Assembly: GCA_963816185.1 (NCBI GenBank)
Contig: CAWFJJ010000024.1
Span: forward strand, 544,001 to 608,000
Direction of reading: 5' to 3'
Origin: Thermoanaerobaculia bacterium
GTDB lineage: Bacteria > Acidobacteriota > Thermoanaerobaculia > UBA5066
DNA: 64,000 bases
In this document: one piece after another, positions 49,226 to 58,760 of the stretch
Numbering within the stretch: the first letter of the stretch is position 1
Layout of the letters: each line of letters begins with the position of its first letter
Made by a program: the position numbers and the translations under genes
The notes under the pieces: model-generated
What the model saw: only the letters and a program-made list of their open reading frames with translations
Database searches by the model: none
What the model was told of the DNA's origin: nothing

Positions 49226-50577
49226 GACGCTTTCTCCGGCGAGACGATTCCGGTCGCCCGTGCGAAAGCGCCGCGGCCCCGCAGGGCTTGCAGCACGCGT
49301 ATGAAGGCGGCGCAGACGTGAAAACCGAAGATCCAGAAGCGCGCCTTGAACGTGGGATGGAAAACGCCGCCTCCGAGCACCGTCGTGACGCCGCGTTCGA
49401 TCCACGGGTTCGGAGCCGGCGTGTAGAACGTCTCGAGCACGTGGGGTTCGTAGAAGCCGTGGACGAAGCGCTCGAATCGCCGGATCGCGCGGCGGTAAAC
49501 CTTTTCGAAGTCCCTGAAGTCGCTCGCATCCACTCTCCCTTTCGCGCGGAGCGCGCGGTCGACGGAAGAGGCCGCGAGCTCGGCCGACTGCATCGCGAGG
49601 AGGACGCCCGTCGAGAAGACCGGGTCGAGGAAGCAGGCCGCATCTCCCACGAGGCAGAAGCCGTCGCCCGAGATGCGGGGGGTCGAGTACGAGTAGTCCG
49701 CGATGGCCTGGACGTCCATCGTCCGGCTCGAGCCAGCCAGGAGATCGCACACTTCAGGCGTCGCCTGGAGCGATTCCTCGAACAGCTGCTCCACGCTTCC
49801 GCGCCGTTCCTTGAACCGCCGCGACGGCATCACGATCCCGACCGAGACCGAGCCGTCGGAGAAGGGGATCAGCCACCACCAGCCGTCCGGCGTCGTCACG
49901 ATGACGATGTCTCCGCCGGTGGGTCCCTCCGCGCGCCTGAAGGTGTCGTAGTGGGCGAACGCGGCCGAGCGGTCGAGGAGGGGATCGCGCCTGCGCCCGC
50001 CGAGGCGACGCGAGAGGAGCGCGTCGCGACCCGTGGCGTCCACGACCACCTTCGCGTCCACCGTGCGCGGCTCGCTTTCCCCTTTCAAGAGCACTCTCGC
50101 GCCGCGCGCCCTCTTGCCGTCGGCGCTGAACAGGACCTCCGTCACGCGCGCTTCCTCGAAGACGGCCGCTCCGGACTCCTGCGCGTGGTCGAGGAGAAGA
50201 GCGTCGAACTCGGCCCGTTTCACCTGGAACGCAGTCGGGTGGTCGCCGTCGATGCCGTTCGCGAACAGGACCGGGCGCGTGAAGGACGAGCCCTGATGGT
50301 AGAAGCGGGCTCCGCGCTTCACCTGAACCCCCGCCGCTTTCAGCTTCGAAAGCACGCCGATGCGCTCGAAGAGCGGCAGGTTCCAGGGCAGAAGCGATTC
50401 GCCGACGTGGAAGCGCGGGAACTTCTCGCGCTCGAACACGACGGCACGATGGCCCATCCGGGCCATCAGCGTCGCGAACGTCGAGCCGCCGGGTCCGCCG
50501 CCGCAGATGACCGCGTCGGCCTCGGCGGGGAAGGCCCCGGGTCTCACGTTCTCCTGTCCGGAGCCTTTCGCCGACAT
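49222..50577 (-). CDS. Flavin-dependent halogenase-like oxidoreductase
   Basis: GGGPGG, FPRFHVGESL, WWWLIP (WxWxIP), GDAACFLDPVFSTGV. Confidence 0.85.
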   Translation of the reverse strand: MSAKGSGQENVRPGAFPAEADAVICGGGPGGSTFATLMARMGHRAVVFEREKFPRFHVGESLLPWNLPLFERIGVLSKLKAAGVQVKRGARFYHQGSSFTRPVLFANGIDGDHPTAFQVKRAEFDALLLDHAQESGAAVFEEARVTEVLFSADGKRARGARVLLKGESEPRTVDAKVVVDATGRDALLSRRLGGRRRDPLLDRSAAFAHYDTFRRAEGPTGGDIVIVTTPDGWWWLIPFSDGSVSVGIVMPSRRFKERRGSVEQLFEESLQATPEVCDLLAGSSRTMDVQAIADYSYSTPRISGDGFCLVGDAACFLDPVFSTGVLLAMQSAELAASSVDRALRAKGRVDASDFRDFEKVYRRAIRRFERFVHGFYEPHVLETFYTPAPNPWIERGVTTVLGGGVFHPTFKARFWIFGFHVCAAFIRVLQALRGRGAFARATGIVSPEKAS

Positions 50578-50674
50578 GCCCGTGATTATCCACGCACCGG
50601 AGAGAGTCGGAGGTCAACGACCCCCAATTGAATCCGGCTCGCGGCTTCCTGCTTGGCGGGGGTTCCGCCCTGAG

Positions 50675-52243
50675 TCACTGCGACCTGGCGATGCGGAACC
50701 CGAGGTTGCCGTCGCGGTAGTCAGCGCTGCCGACGCCGCGGTACGCCGACCGGCAGCTCGGTAGGACGTCGTCCCACGTGCCGCCCCGCCTGACACGGCT
50801 GTTGCTCTGCGGGGGGCTGCCTCCCGTGGGGTCCGTCACCGCCGTCGTCGGGTAGGCGGCGTACCAGTCCTGCACCCACTCGTCCACGTTCCCGTGCACG
50901 TCGTACAGCCCATAGGGGTTCGGCTGCTTCTGTCCCGCGGGATGCTGCATGCCGCTCTGGTTCCCGCACCACCAAACGTAGGAGTCCGCGCTGCACGGTC
51001 CGCACTGGTCGTCGCAGTCCAGCGCGTCCCCAAACGAGAATCGGGTCGTCGTGCCGCCCCGCGCCGCCCGCTCCCACTCCGCCTCCGTAGGGAGCCGGAA
51101 GGCGGACGCCCCGCTGAGCCCCAACACGGCATTCAGCTTCTCCAGGAACCCTCCGCTTCCCGCGATGTCGTTCCAGGACACCTCCTCGACGGGACACGTG
51201 CCTCCGCAGCTGGAGTGGTAGCTCGGGTTGCTCCCCATCACCGCCTGCCACTGCGCCTGTGTCACGTCGGTCTTCCCGATGTAGTAGTCGGCCGAGAGCG
51301 TCACCTGGTGCTGCGTCTCGTCGCTCCCGCGGCTGCGCTCCGTGCCCGGCGATCCCATCAGGAACGTTCCGTGCGGAATCTTCTCCAGCACCAGCGGCAC
51401 GCCGCCGGGCAGCGTCACGGTCAGCTCCTGGCTGGCGGTGTCCGCCGCCGCGACGATCGCGAAGGGGTCGCCCGAGGCGTTGTTGATGACCGACGCGAAG
51501 GAGAGCACCGGCTGGTCGCTCGTGAACTCGAGGAAGAGGTTCGTGTCCGTCGTTCCGGAGGCGCCGGGGAAGCCGCCCAGGGACACCTGCCGGAATCCGT
51601 CGGCGGGCAGCGCCGGATAGGTGGCCGTCCCGATCGACGATCCGTCCCCGCGCCGGAGGTTCGCCGTCACCGTCGCGTTCGCGGTCCCCGGGTTCATGAA
51701 CACGACGTTGGTCCGGTAGCCCGTCGCGGAGCTCGTACTGAGCGCGAGCTGACCCAGGATCCCGGCACGCAGGGCCTGCGAGGCGTCGATCCCCGGCAGC
51801 CACTGCCCCGAGATCGCCCCCGACCCGCACGCGTTCACGTTGTTCACGCTCGACGAGACGATGAGAGACCCGGTCGCCTCGAGCCGGATCGGTCCGAACG
51901 AACCCAGACTCGCCCCGAAGAGGGACCTGAGGATGTTGTCGAAGGACGCCTGACTCCGCGCCGGTATCGTGAACGGCGAAGCCGGCACCGTCGCTCCGTT
52001 CGCCTGGTCGTAGAACGTCGCCGTCACCGTCACCGGGGACCGAGTGACGTTGAGGAGGCGGACGTCCGAGTGGAATTCGGCCCCGCCCGCTCCCGTGCTG
52101 TAGGCGGATGACGGCAGGACATAGGTCGCCGTCTGTGCCATCGCCGTGCTCGCGAGAAGCACCGCCGCGAAGGCGACGGCAGCGCGAGCCGCCAGGCCGT
52201 GATCGGTCCTTCGCCTGATTTCGTTCTGCTTGTTGAATCTCAT
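50675..52243 (-). CDS. Secreted protein with C-terminal FGE-sulfatase (CLec-fold) domain
   Basis: FLMGS, RLPTEAEWE, NPYGLYDVHGNVDEW, RGGTW, GFRIAR. Confidence 0.9.
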   Translation of the reverse strand: MRFNKQNEIRRRTDHGLAARAAVAFAAVLLASTAMAQTATYVLPSSAYSTGAGGAEFHSDVRLLNVTRSPVTVTATFYDQANGATVPASPFTIPARSQASFDNILRSLFGASLGSFGPIRLEATGSLIVSSSVNNVNACGSGAISGQWLPGIDASQALRAGILGQLALSTSSATGYRTNVVFMNPGTANATVTANLRRGDGSSIGTATYPALPADGFRQVSLGGFPGASGTTDTNLFLEFTSDQPVLSFASVINNASGDPFAIVAAADTASQELTVTLPGGVPLVLEKIPHGTFLMGSPGTERSRGSDETQHQVTLSADYYIGKTDVTQAQWQAVMGSNPSYHSSCGGTCPVEEVSWNDIAGSGGFLEKLNAVLGLSGASAFRLPTEAEWERAARGGTTTRFSFGDALDCDDQCGPCSADSYVWWCGNQSGMQHPAGQKQPNPYGLYDVHGNVDEWVQDWYAAYPTTAVTDPTGGSPPQSNSRVRRGGTWDDVLPSCRSAYRGVGSADYRDGNLGFRIARSQ

Positions 52244-52292
52244 GGGTCACCTCCCGTCATCCGGAAGAAACGGAAACGGGCGGCACCCGGGA

Positions 52293-52814
52293 TCACTTCA
52301 CGCCGGGAGGCGGCCGCACGTTGGTGTATTCGTAGCGGGTCTTCACGACGGAGCCATCCGGCAACGTGAGGGTTTGTCCCAGCAGCCAGCCGTTCGATTT
52401 CAAAATGTGCACGATCGAGTCCGTGCCGCTCTCGTTGCTGTGGACCCTGTACGCCGTCACCGCCTGACCGTCGACGGTTTCTCTGCCCGCATCGGCGCAG
52501 GTGTCCGGATGCGTCTTCAGCTTTTCCCGCGCCGCCTCGAGCATGGCTCCCTGGGGCGCGGCGCTGCGCCGCCACCGGCCGCCGATGCGCAGGTACTCGA
52601 CGCCGTCGGCGAAGATCGCCTCGCTGGACTCGACGACCTTGCCGGCTCTCCCGGCCGTCTTTGTCGTGTAGACGTGGTGAGGCATCTGCACCGCCTTGAT
52701 CGCGGCGTTGTAGAGCGCGTCGCAGGTGTCGGCGGCGCGCGCAGACGTCACGAAAACCATGCACGCGAGCAAGGCCGTGATCGGAATGAAGTGCACGATG
52801 TGTTGACGGGACAT
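52293..52814 (-). CDS. Exported hypothetical protein (paralog of 52866-53546)
   Basis: Signal peptide; C..GRETVDGQAV..Y motif. Confidence 0.75.
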   Translation of the reverse strand: MSRQHIVHFIPITALLACMVFVTSARAADTCDALYNAAIKAVQMPHHVYTTKTAGRAGKVVESSEAIFADGVEYLRIGGRWRRSAAPQGAMLEAAREKLKTHPDTCADAGRETVDGQAVTAYRVHSNESGTDSIVHILKSNGWLLGQTLTLPDGSVVKTRYEYTNVRPPPGVK

Positions 52815-52865
52815 GGTGTGTTCCCTCCTCTAGCGTTTCGATGGACTTGGCCGTTGCCCATCGAA

Positions 52866-53546
52866 CTACGGCATCGCGGGGACGAACGCGATTTGCGTTT
52901 TGCCGCCATGCGCATAGATCATGATGCTGCCGCTGGGACAGGCGTACTTGACGCCTTGGGATGCGGTCGTTCGAATGCAGGACTTCGGCGCGTTGGATGC
53001 GTACCAGCCGTCCACCGTCTTCACCGCGTCACCCGTTTCGAGCACCATCGGCACGCCCCTCGCAACCGCCGACGCCGGCATGTCGTTCATGTTGCGGCCG
53101 CGCGGGTACATCGGCAGCTTGCCGTTCATCTGTGCGGCGGAGGGAGCGGCCCGAATGGGTTCTTGAGACGTCCATCGATACGCGATGTGGCCTTTGCCTT
53201 TGCCGGTCACGTTGCCGTCCTGCTCCTCGCGCAGCAGCAATCCCGAGGTCTTGGAAATCCAGATCTGCGCATCGGTGCTTCCGGTCTTCGACTGATACTG
53301 CTCGCGATAGACCTCCGCAGCCTGACCGTCCACAACCTCGTCGCGCAGATAGCTGCAGGTGTGGGCGCCGAGACCGTAAATGCCCGGCGTGTCAGCGGCA
53401 AAGTGGTAACCGGTCGTCTTCATCTGCCCGTGGCTGCTTCCGGTCTTTCGGTTGGCCTCCAGGATCCTGCCGCAGGCGTCTTGGTCCGCATGGGCGCTGA
53501 CGCTTGCCAGTGTGAACAGAGCGACGATCAATGCGGGGAATTTCAT
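52866..53546 (-). CDS. Exported hypothetical protein
   Basis: Signal peptide; CSYLRDEVVDGQAAEVY, IWISKTSGL; GGAGG SD. Confidence 0.75.
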   Translation of the reverse strand: MKFPALIVALFTLASVSAHADQDACGRILEANRKTGSSHGQMKTTGYHFAADTPGIYGLGAHTCSYLRDEVVDGQAAEVYREQYQSKTGSTDAQIWISKTSGLLLREEQDGNVTGKGKGHIAYRWTSQEPIRAAPSAAQMNGKLPMYPRGRNMNDMPASAVARGVPMVLETGDAVKTVDGWYASNAPKSCIRTTASQGVKYACPSGSIMIYAHGGKTQIAFVPAMP

Positions 53547-53625
53547 GATCCGATCTCCTCCGTCTGCGTCCGAGTTGCGATTCCTTTTCGGCTCATCGCT
53601 TTCCAGGCTTTCGACTCGTGATGAT

Positions 53626-54507
53626 TCATCCGCCTAAGTTCGGCGACTCCAGGACCTTCTTCGCCGCCGCGATCGCGACCCGGTGCGGGTCCTTCACGAA
53701 CTGAGGCTGGATCAGGATGTGGTGCGCGCCCTTGCGCACGAAGAACATCCGGCCCATCCCGACAAAGAACGCCTCGTCGCCCAGATCGGGCACGGTCTCG
53801 CCGCCGGCCTCCGGGCGGCTCGCGTTTCTCCCCGCTTCCATGCTCATGGAGAGCGCGGCGGAGCAATGCACCGAGAACAACGGCCGCTCTCCTCCGGGTC
53901 CGGCGCGCGTCCCGGGGTCCTCTTTCTCGGCCTGCGCGCGCATGGCGCCCGCAATCTGGTCGATCATGCGCGAGACCTGCGCATCGCCGGCAGCTCCCGG
54001 CGCGCTCTTCATCGCGATCGCTTCCGGGTTGAGCGAGGGATCCGGGATCCCGTAGTAGACGCATGTATCCGACGTCGACTCCGTCCGCGTGACCGCCGTT
54101 CCAGCGATCGCCGCGGCGTCCTCCTTGGAAAGGAGGCTGCAGCCGTAAGACTCAGGCCTCTTCTCCTCGCGAGCCATCTTCCCCATGCTGCGAGCCACTC
54201 GGCCGATCGCTCCATCGCCGGGGGCGCCGCCCGCGATGCGCGTTTCGACCGCTCTGGCCAGTCGACGGCCGACCACGTACACGCCGGCCGCGGCGGCGAC
54301 CCCGACCACCGCCACGACCGCGAGCACCCAGAGGATCGCTTTCCCTCCGGCCGACGTTCCCCCGCTCGGGACGGCCTGCGCCGGCGCATGGCCGGCGCGC
54401 TCGCCGCAATTCGAGCAGAACCAGTCATTCCCGAAGATCGGGGCCCCGCATTTCCGACATTTCGCCAGATCGTTCATCGACGCATCTCCTTTGCAGGGCG
54501 ACGACAA
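53626..54507 (-). CDS. Zinc-ribbon single-pass membrane protein
   Basis: CRKCG...FCSNCG, TM helix, CSLLSKE extracytoplasmic domain. Confidence 0.75.
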   Translation of the reverse strand: MSSPCKGDASMNDLAKCRKCGAPIFGNDWFCSNCGERAGHAPAQAVPSGGTSAGGKAILWVLAVVAVVGVAAAAGVYVVGRRLARAVETRIAGGAPGDGAIGRVARSMGKMAREEKRPESYGCSLLSKEDAAAIAGTAVTRTESTSDTCVYYGIPDPSLNPEAIAMKSAPGAAGDAQVSRMIDQIAGAMRAQAEKEDPGTRAGPGGERPLFSVHCSAALSMSMEAGRNASRPEAGGETVPDLGDEAFFVGMGRMFFVRKGAHHILIQPQFVKDPHRVAIAAAKKVLESPNLGG

Positions 54508-54597
54508 TTCCCAAACGAGGCCCGACTTGATCTCGGCGGGGCATTCCTGACGGTCAAGCTCTCGCCTGGAAAGAACGGTAACTCCGGCAGTCAGGGA

Positions 54598-57576
54598 TCA
54601 TTCCCGCGGTGTCTGGCGGGGGGCGCGCGACGTCCCACGGGCGGAGAGAAAGGCCCGCGCGGTCGGATAGAGATCGACATCGACCGCCGGCATGGCGCTC
54701 AGGGACTTTCGCGCGGTCCGCATCGCCGCGGCGCTCTTGGCCGAGAAGGGTTCACATCGCCCGCTCAGAAGCTGTGCCTGGAGGCGCCAGATCGGATCCA
54801 CGGGATGGCTGGCTCCGTCGATCTCGGCGAGCGCGCCGGCGAGCAGGGGCTCAGCCTCGGGACAGCGATTCGCGCCGACCAGGAAATCGGCTAGCGGGAT
54901 CGCCCATTCATACGTCATGTTGCCCCGGGAGGGCACGAGCTCCTTTCCGATGCCCAGACCCGCGCGAAAATCCCGTTCCGCGAGTCCCGCCTCGCCGCAC
55001 ATCTCCTCGGCGATCGCGACCTCACGCAGGGCCACGGCCACGTTGCCGGATTTCTCGCCTTCTCGCCTCCTCTGCAGCTCCAGGGCCTGCCGGGCGAGCT
55101 CGAGCGCTTCGCGAGGCCTCCCTTCCCGCTCGAGCGTCGTCGCGAGATTCTCGCGGGCCAGGGCCCCCGTGGACTGGCCGTTGTCCTCGCGTAGCTCCGC
55201 CAGGACCTCCCGCTCCAACGATTCCGCTTCCGATGCCTGGCCGGCGTGGAGCAGCGTGATCGCGAGGTTATTCTCGACCGAGAGCGTGTCCGGATGGCCC
55301 TTTCCCGAGACCCTCTGGTACCGGGCGAGGAGCTCCCGGAAGACCGGCACCGCTCCGGTAAAGTCTCGGCGCGACGCGCGAATGATCCCGAGCATATTGA
55401 GCGCTTCGCCGATCTTCGGGTGATCGTCGGGCAGCGCGCGGCGAAGGACCTCGAGCGCTCCCTCTGCGGTCTTCTCGGCGTCGTCGTGGCGATTCTGGTC
55501 GTCATAGACGCCGGCGAGCTCGATCTGGGTCGCGCCGACGAGCGGATGCGCGGGCCCGAGGACCTTCCGGCGGATCGCGAGCGCGCGTTCGAGCGCGGCG
55601 GCCGACTCCGGATACTCACCGGCCTCGTTGAGACGAAGGCCGAGATTGTGCAGCGAGCCGGCGACCCCGAGTGACTCCGGACCGAGCGTCCTCTCGCGTA
55701 TTCCCAGAGCCTGTCGCAGGAGCTCGATCGCTTTCGACTCCCGGCCGAGGTCCGACTGGTTTGTGGCGAAATCGTCGAGGCGCGCCGCGCTTTCCGGCGA
55801 GCCCGTTCCGAAGCGGCGCTCGCTCGCGGCGAGAGCCTCCCGGAACGGCGCCTCGGCGCGCGCGAACTGCCCCTGGTCCTCGAGCAGCCGGCCGAGGTGG
55901 CCGAGGCTCTGGATCACGGCCGGATCATCCGCACCGAGGCTCGCGCGACGAGCCGCCAGCGCCTCGCGGAGCAACGGCTCTGCGCGGGCGAAGTCCGCTT
56001 CGAGCCGGAAGATCTCGCCGAGCTGATCCAAGCTCGCGGCAACCTCCGCGCTCCGGGCGGGAAACGCCTGACGGCGCAGCCGCAACGCCTCCTGGGCAAG
56101 AGGCAGCGCGCGGTCGTAGAGGCCGAGCGCGACGTACGACGCCACCATGGCGTGGAGCAGACGGGCGCGCACCTCCGGCTCGCCGGCGAGGTCGGATCGC
56201 AGGCGGGCGACGCCTTCGTCGAGGAGCTCCTGGGCGGTGAGAGACGAGCCCCGGGCGAGGGTCGGATCCGAGCCCTCGAACAGTCGGACGAGGAACGAGG
56301 TCACCTCCTGCGAGGCGCGCGCCTCGCGGGCCTTGGCGCGCGCTTCCTCGAGCGCGGCCCCGAGAGCGCCGACGAGGGCGAGGAGGAGCGTCGCGGCGAC
56401 CGCGAGCGTCCAACGGTGTCGCGCGGCGAACTTCCCGGCGCGGTAGCGGAAGCTGTCCGGTCGAGCGCGGATCGGCAGAAAGGAGAGATGCCGCCGCAGA
56501 TCCTCGGCGAGCGCCGCGGCAGAGGGATACCGGCGGTCGGGCTCGTTTCGGAGCGCGGTGAGGAGGATCGTGTCGAGATCCCCGCGCAAGGCGCGGCGGC
56601 GCCGCCGACGTGACAGAGTCGGAAGCTTGGCGGTCGCCACCGCCGTGCTGGGCCGGGCCGTTTCCTCTGCGATGCCGGCGGGCGCGATCTCCTCCCGTGC
56701 CCCCGGAGCGGAGAACGGCCGACGCCCAACGAGCAGCTCGTAGAGCACGACACCCAGCGCCCAGACGTCGGTCGCCGTCGTGACTCGCTCGCCGCGGATC
56801 TGTTCGGGCGCGGCATAGGCCGGGGTCAAATGGCGCTCGAGGGTGCGCGTCCCTTCGTCGTCGTCGCCGAGAAGCTTCGCGATGCCGAAGTCCAGGAGCT
56901 TGACGTCGCCGCTCGCCGTTACGAGGATGTTCGAAGGCTTGAGATCGCGGTGCACCACGAGCCGGCGGTGGGCGTGGTCGACGGCCGCACAGACTCCGAG
57001 GAAAAGCTCGATGCGCTGCGAGAGAGAGAGGCCCCGCGCGTCGCAGTAGTCCCCGATCGGGACCCCCTCGACATACTCCATCGCGAAGAACGGAAGGCCC
57101 TCGGGAGTCACGCCGCCGTCGAGCAGACGGGCGATGTGCGGGTGCTCGAGCCCGGCGAGGATCCGGCGCTCGGCGAGAAAACGCCGGATTGCCTCGTCGC
57201 CGGCGAGGCCGAGGCGCGCGACCTTGAGGGCGACCCGCTGCTCGAAGTGTCCGTCGCAGCGCTCACCGAGGAAGACGATTCCCATTCCGCCGAGTCCCAG
57301 CTCGCGGACAAGGCGGTAAGGACCCAGCTGCCGTCCGATCCAACCATCCAGCAGGGCGTCGCCGCCTTCGAGAAAGCGCGCGAGGCGCTGCGCTGCGCTT
57401 CGGTCGAGAGGAGAGTCGGCCTCCGAATCGGCCGTCAGGAGATCGACGACCCGCCGGCGGAGCGCATCGTCCCCGCCGCAGGCCGCCGCGACGTGGAGGT
57501 CGCGCTCGGGGGGCTCGAGATCGGCGACGTCCTGGAAGATCTCGAGCGCGCGACCCCACGCTTCCTCTGCACTCAC
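54598..57576 (-). CDS. Membrane Ser/Thr kinase with TPR repeats (ECF-associated)
   Basis: GLGGMG, HRDLKPSN, DFG, TM, TPRs; overlaps the ECF stop. Confidence 0.93.
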   Translation of the reverse strand: MSAEEAWGRALEIFQDVADLEPPERDLHVAAACGGDDALRRRVVDLLTADSEADSPLDRSAAQRLARFLEGGDALLDGWIGRQLGPYRLVRELGLGGMGIVFLGERCDGHFEQRVALKVARLGLAGDEAIRRFLAERRILAGLEHPHIARLLDGGVTPEGLPFFAMEYVEGVPIGDYCDARGLSLSQRIELFLGVCAAVDHAHRRLVVHRDLKPSNILVTASGDVKLLDFGIAKLLGDDDEGTRTLERHLTPAYAAPEQIRGERVTTATDVWALGVVLYELLVGRRPFSAPGAREEIAPAGIAEETARPSTAVATAKLPTLSRRRRRRALRGDLDTILLTALRNEPDRRYPSAAALAEDLRRHLSFLPIRARPDSFRYRAGKFAARHRWTLAVAATLLLALVGALGAALEEARAKAREARASQEVTSFLVRLFEGSDPTLARGSSLTAQELLDEGVARLRSDLAGEPEVRARLLHAMVASYVALGLYDRALPLAQEALRLRRQAFPARSAEVAASLDQLGEIFRLEADFARAEPLLREALAARRASLGADDPAVIQSLGHLGRLLEDQGQFARAEAPFREALAASERRFGTGSPESAARLDDFATNQSDLGRESKAIELLRQALGIRERTLGPESLGVAGSLHNLGLRLNEAGEYPESAAALERALAIRRKVLGPAHPLVGATQIELAGVYDDQNRHDDAEKTAEGALEVLRRALPDDHPKIGEALNMLGIIRASRRDFTGAVPVFRELLARYQRVSGKGHPDTLSVENNLAITLLHAGQASEAESLEREVLAELREDNGQSTGALARENLATTLEREGRPREALELARQALELQRRREGEKSGNVAVALREVAIAEEMCGEAGLAERDFRAGLGIGKELVPSRGNMTYEWAIPLADFLVGANRCPEAEPLLAGALAEIDGASHPVDPIWRLQAQLLSGRCEPFSAKSAAAMRTARKSLSAMPAVDVDLYPTARAFLSARGTSRAPRQTPRE

Positions 57577-58115
57577 GGTGAGCCCGGGGAGAGCGTCGCG
57601 AGCAGGAACGCCCGCGCCGCGCGCCAGTCGCGTTTGACCGTGGCGGTCGACTCGTCGAGCGCCTCCGCCGTCTCCTCGACCGACAGGCCCCCGAAGAAGC
57701 GCAGCTCGACCACGTGCGCCATTCGCTGGTTCGCGCCTTGCAGCTTCGCGAGCGCGGTGTCGATCGCAATCAGCTCCGCGGCATCGGCTCCGACCTCGGA
57801 CGCGACATCCCCGAGCGTCGCGATCTGGAGCCCGGCGCCGCGCTTCAAAGCCGTGTGGTTACGCGCGTGGTCGACCAGCACCTGTCGCATGGCCCGCGCG
57901 GCAAGAGCGAAGAAGTGCGAGCGGTCCTTGACGGACGCGCCGCGAGCGAGCTTGAGGTACGCTTCGTGGAGGAGCGCCGTCGTGCGAAGGGTTTCGCCGG
58001 GGCGCGCTCGCCGGATCTGCCGGTGCGCCAGCGCGTGCAGCTCTTCGTACAGCGCTTCGAACGTGAGGGAATCCGGACCCGGGGGACCGGAAGCGGCGTT
58101 CGACTCGGGATCCAT
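57573..58115 (-). CDS. ECF sigma factor, kinase-associated type (ECF43/TIGR02999-like)
   Basis: TLRTTALLHEAYLKL, MRQVLVDHAR, VELRFFGGL, TVKRDW. Confidence 0.92.
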   Translation of the reverse strand: MDPESNAASGPPGPDSLTFEALYEELHALAHRQIRRARPGETLRTTALLHEAYLKLARGASVKDRSHFFALAARAMRQVLVDHARNHTALKRGAGLQIATLGDVASEVGADAAELIAIDTALAKLQGANQRMAHVVELRFFGGLSVEETAEALDESTATVKRDWRAARAFLLATLSPGSP

Positions 58116-58134
58116 TGCGCCGCGCCGCGCCGGT

Positions 58135-58620
58135 CTAGGCCTTGACCTCTTCCCTGACCCACACCCCGTTCTTCTCGACGTAGTTGAAGCGAGGCTTGCC
58201 GTTGACCTTGTGGACCGTCGTGTCGGTGATCACGATCTTCCCATCCTCGTTCTTCATGTAGAAGTCGACGTCGACCATCGTGCCGTCCTTGGCCTTGAAG
58301 TCCGTGCAGGCGAAGTACGTGTCGGCGGAGAGGGGCGTCAGCTTGTCGGTATGAACCTTGACGAGCGTGAGGTCCCAGGTCCTCTTCAGTACCTTGTCTT
58401 CCACCTTGAAGACCCCGCCCTCGGCCTTCGTCTTCTCGGCGATGTGGGCCTTGATGGCCTTGTCGAGGTCGGCCGTGCTGACGGTCTTGGCCTTCTCGGA
58501 CTTCGAGGGCTCGCCCTTCGCGGGATGCTCATGCCCCGCCGGATGCTCCTGCGCAAACCCTGGAGACGCCGCGAGAAGGAACGCTCCCGCGAGGATGGCC
58601 GCGTAACGAGTTGTTCTCAA
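58135..58620 (-). CDS. Exported hypothetical protein with His-rich N-terminus
   Basis: Signal peptide, EHPAGHEHP, YFACTDF; GGAGG SD. Confidence 0.75.
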   Translation of the reverse strand: MRTTRYAAILAGAFLLAASPGFAQEHPAGHEHPAKGEPSKSEKAKTVSTADLDKAIKAHIAEKTKAEGGVFKVEDKVLKRTWDLTLVKVHTDKLTPLSADTYFACTDFKAKDGTMVDVDFYMKNEDGKIVITDTTVHKVNGKPRFNYVEKNGVWVREEVKA

Positions 58621-58760
58621 GGTTCACCTCCCGGGTCGGATCATAGTCACAAGGGACTCGCTCGGAAATCGCATACCCCGCCCGTCACGCTCGCAGGTCT
58701 CCACCCGCCAGGCTCTTCGCGCGGACCGGGCTCGTTCGCAGCTACAATCCGGTCATCCAC

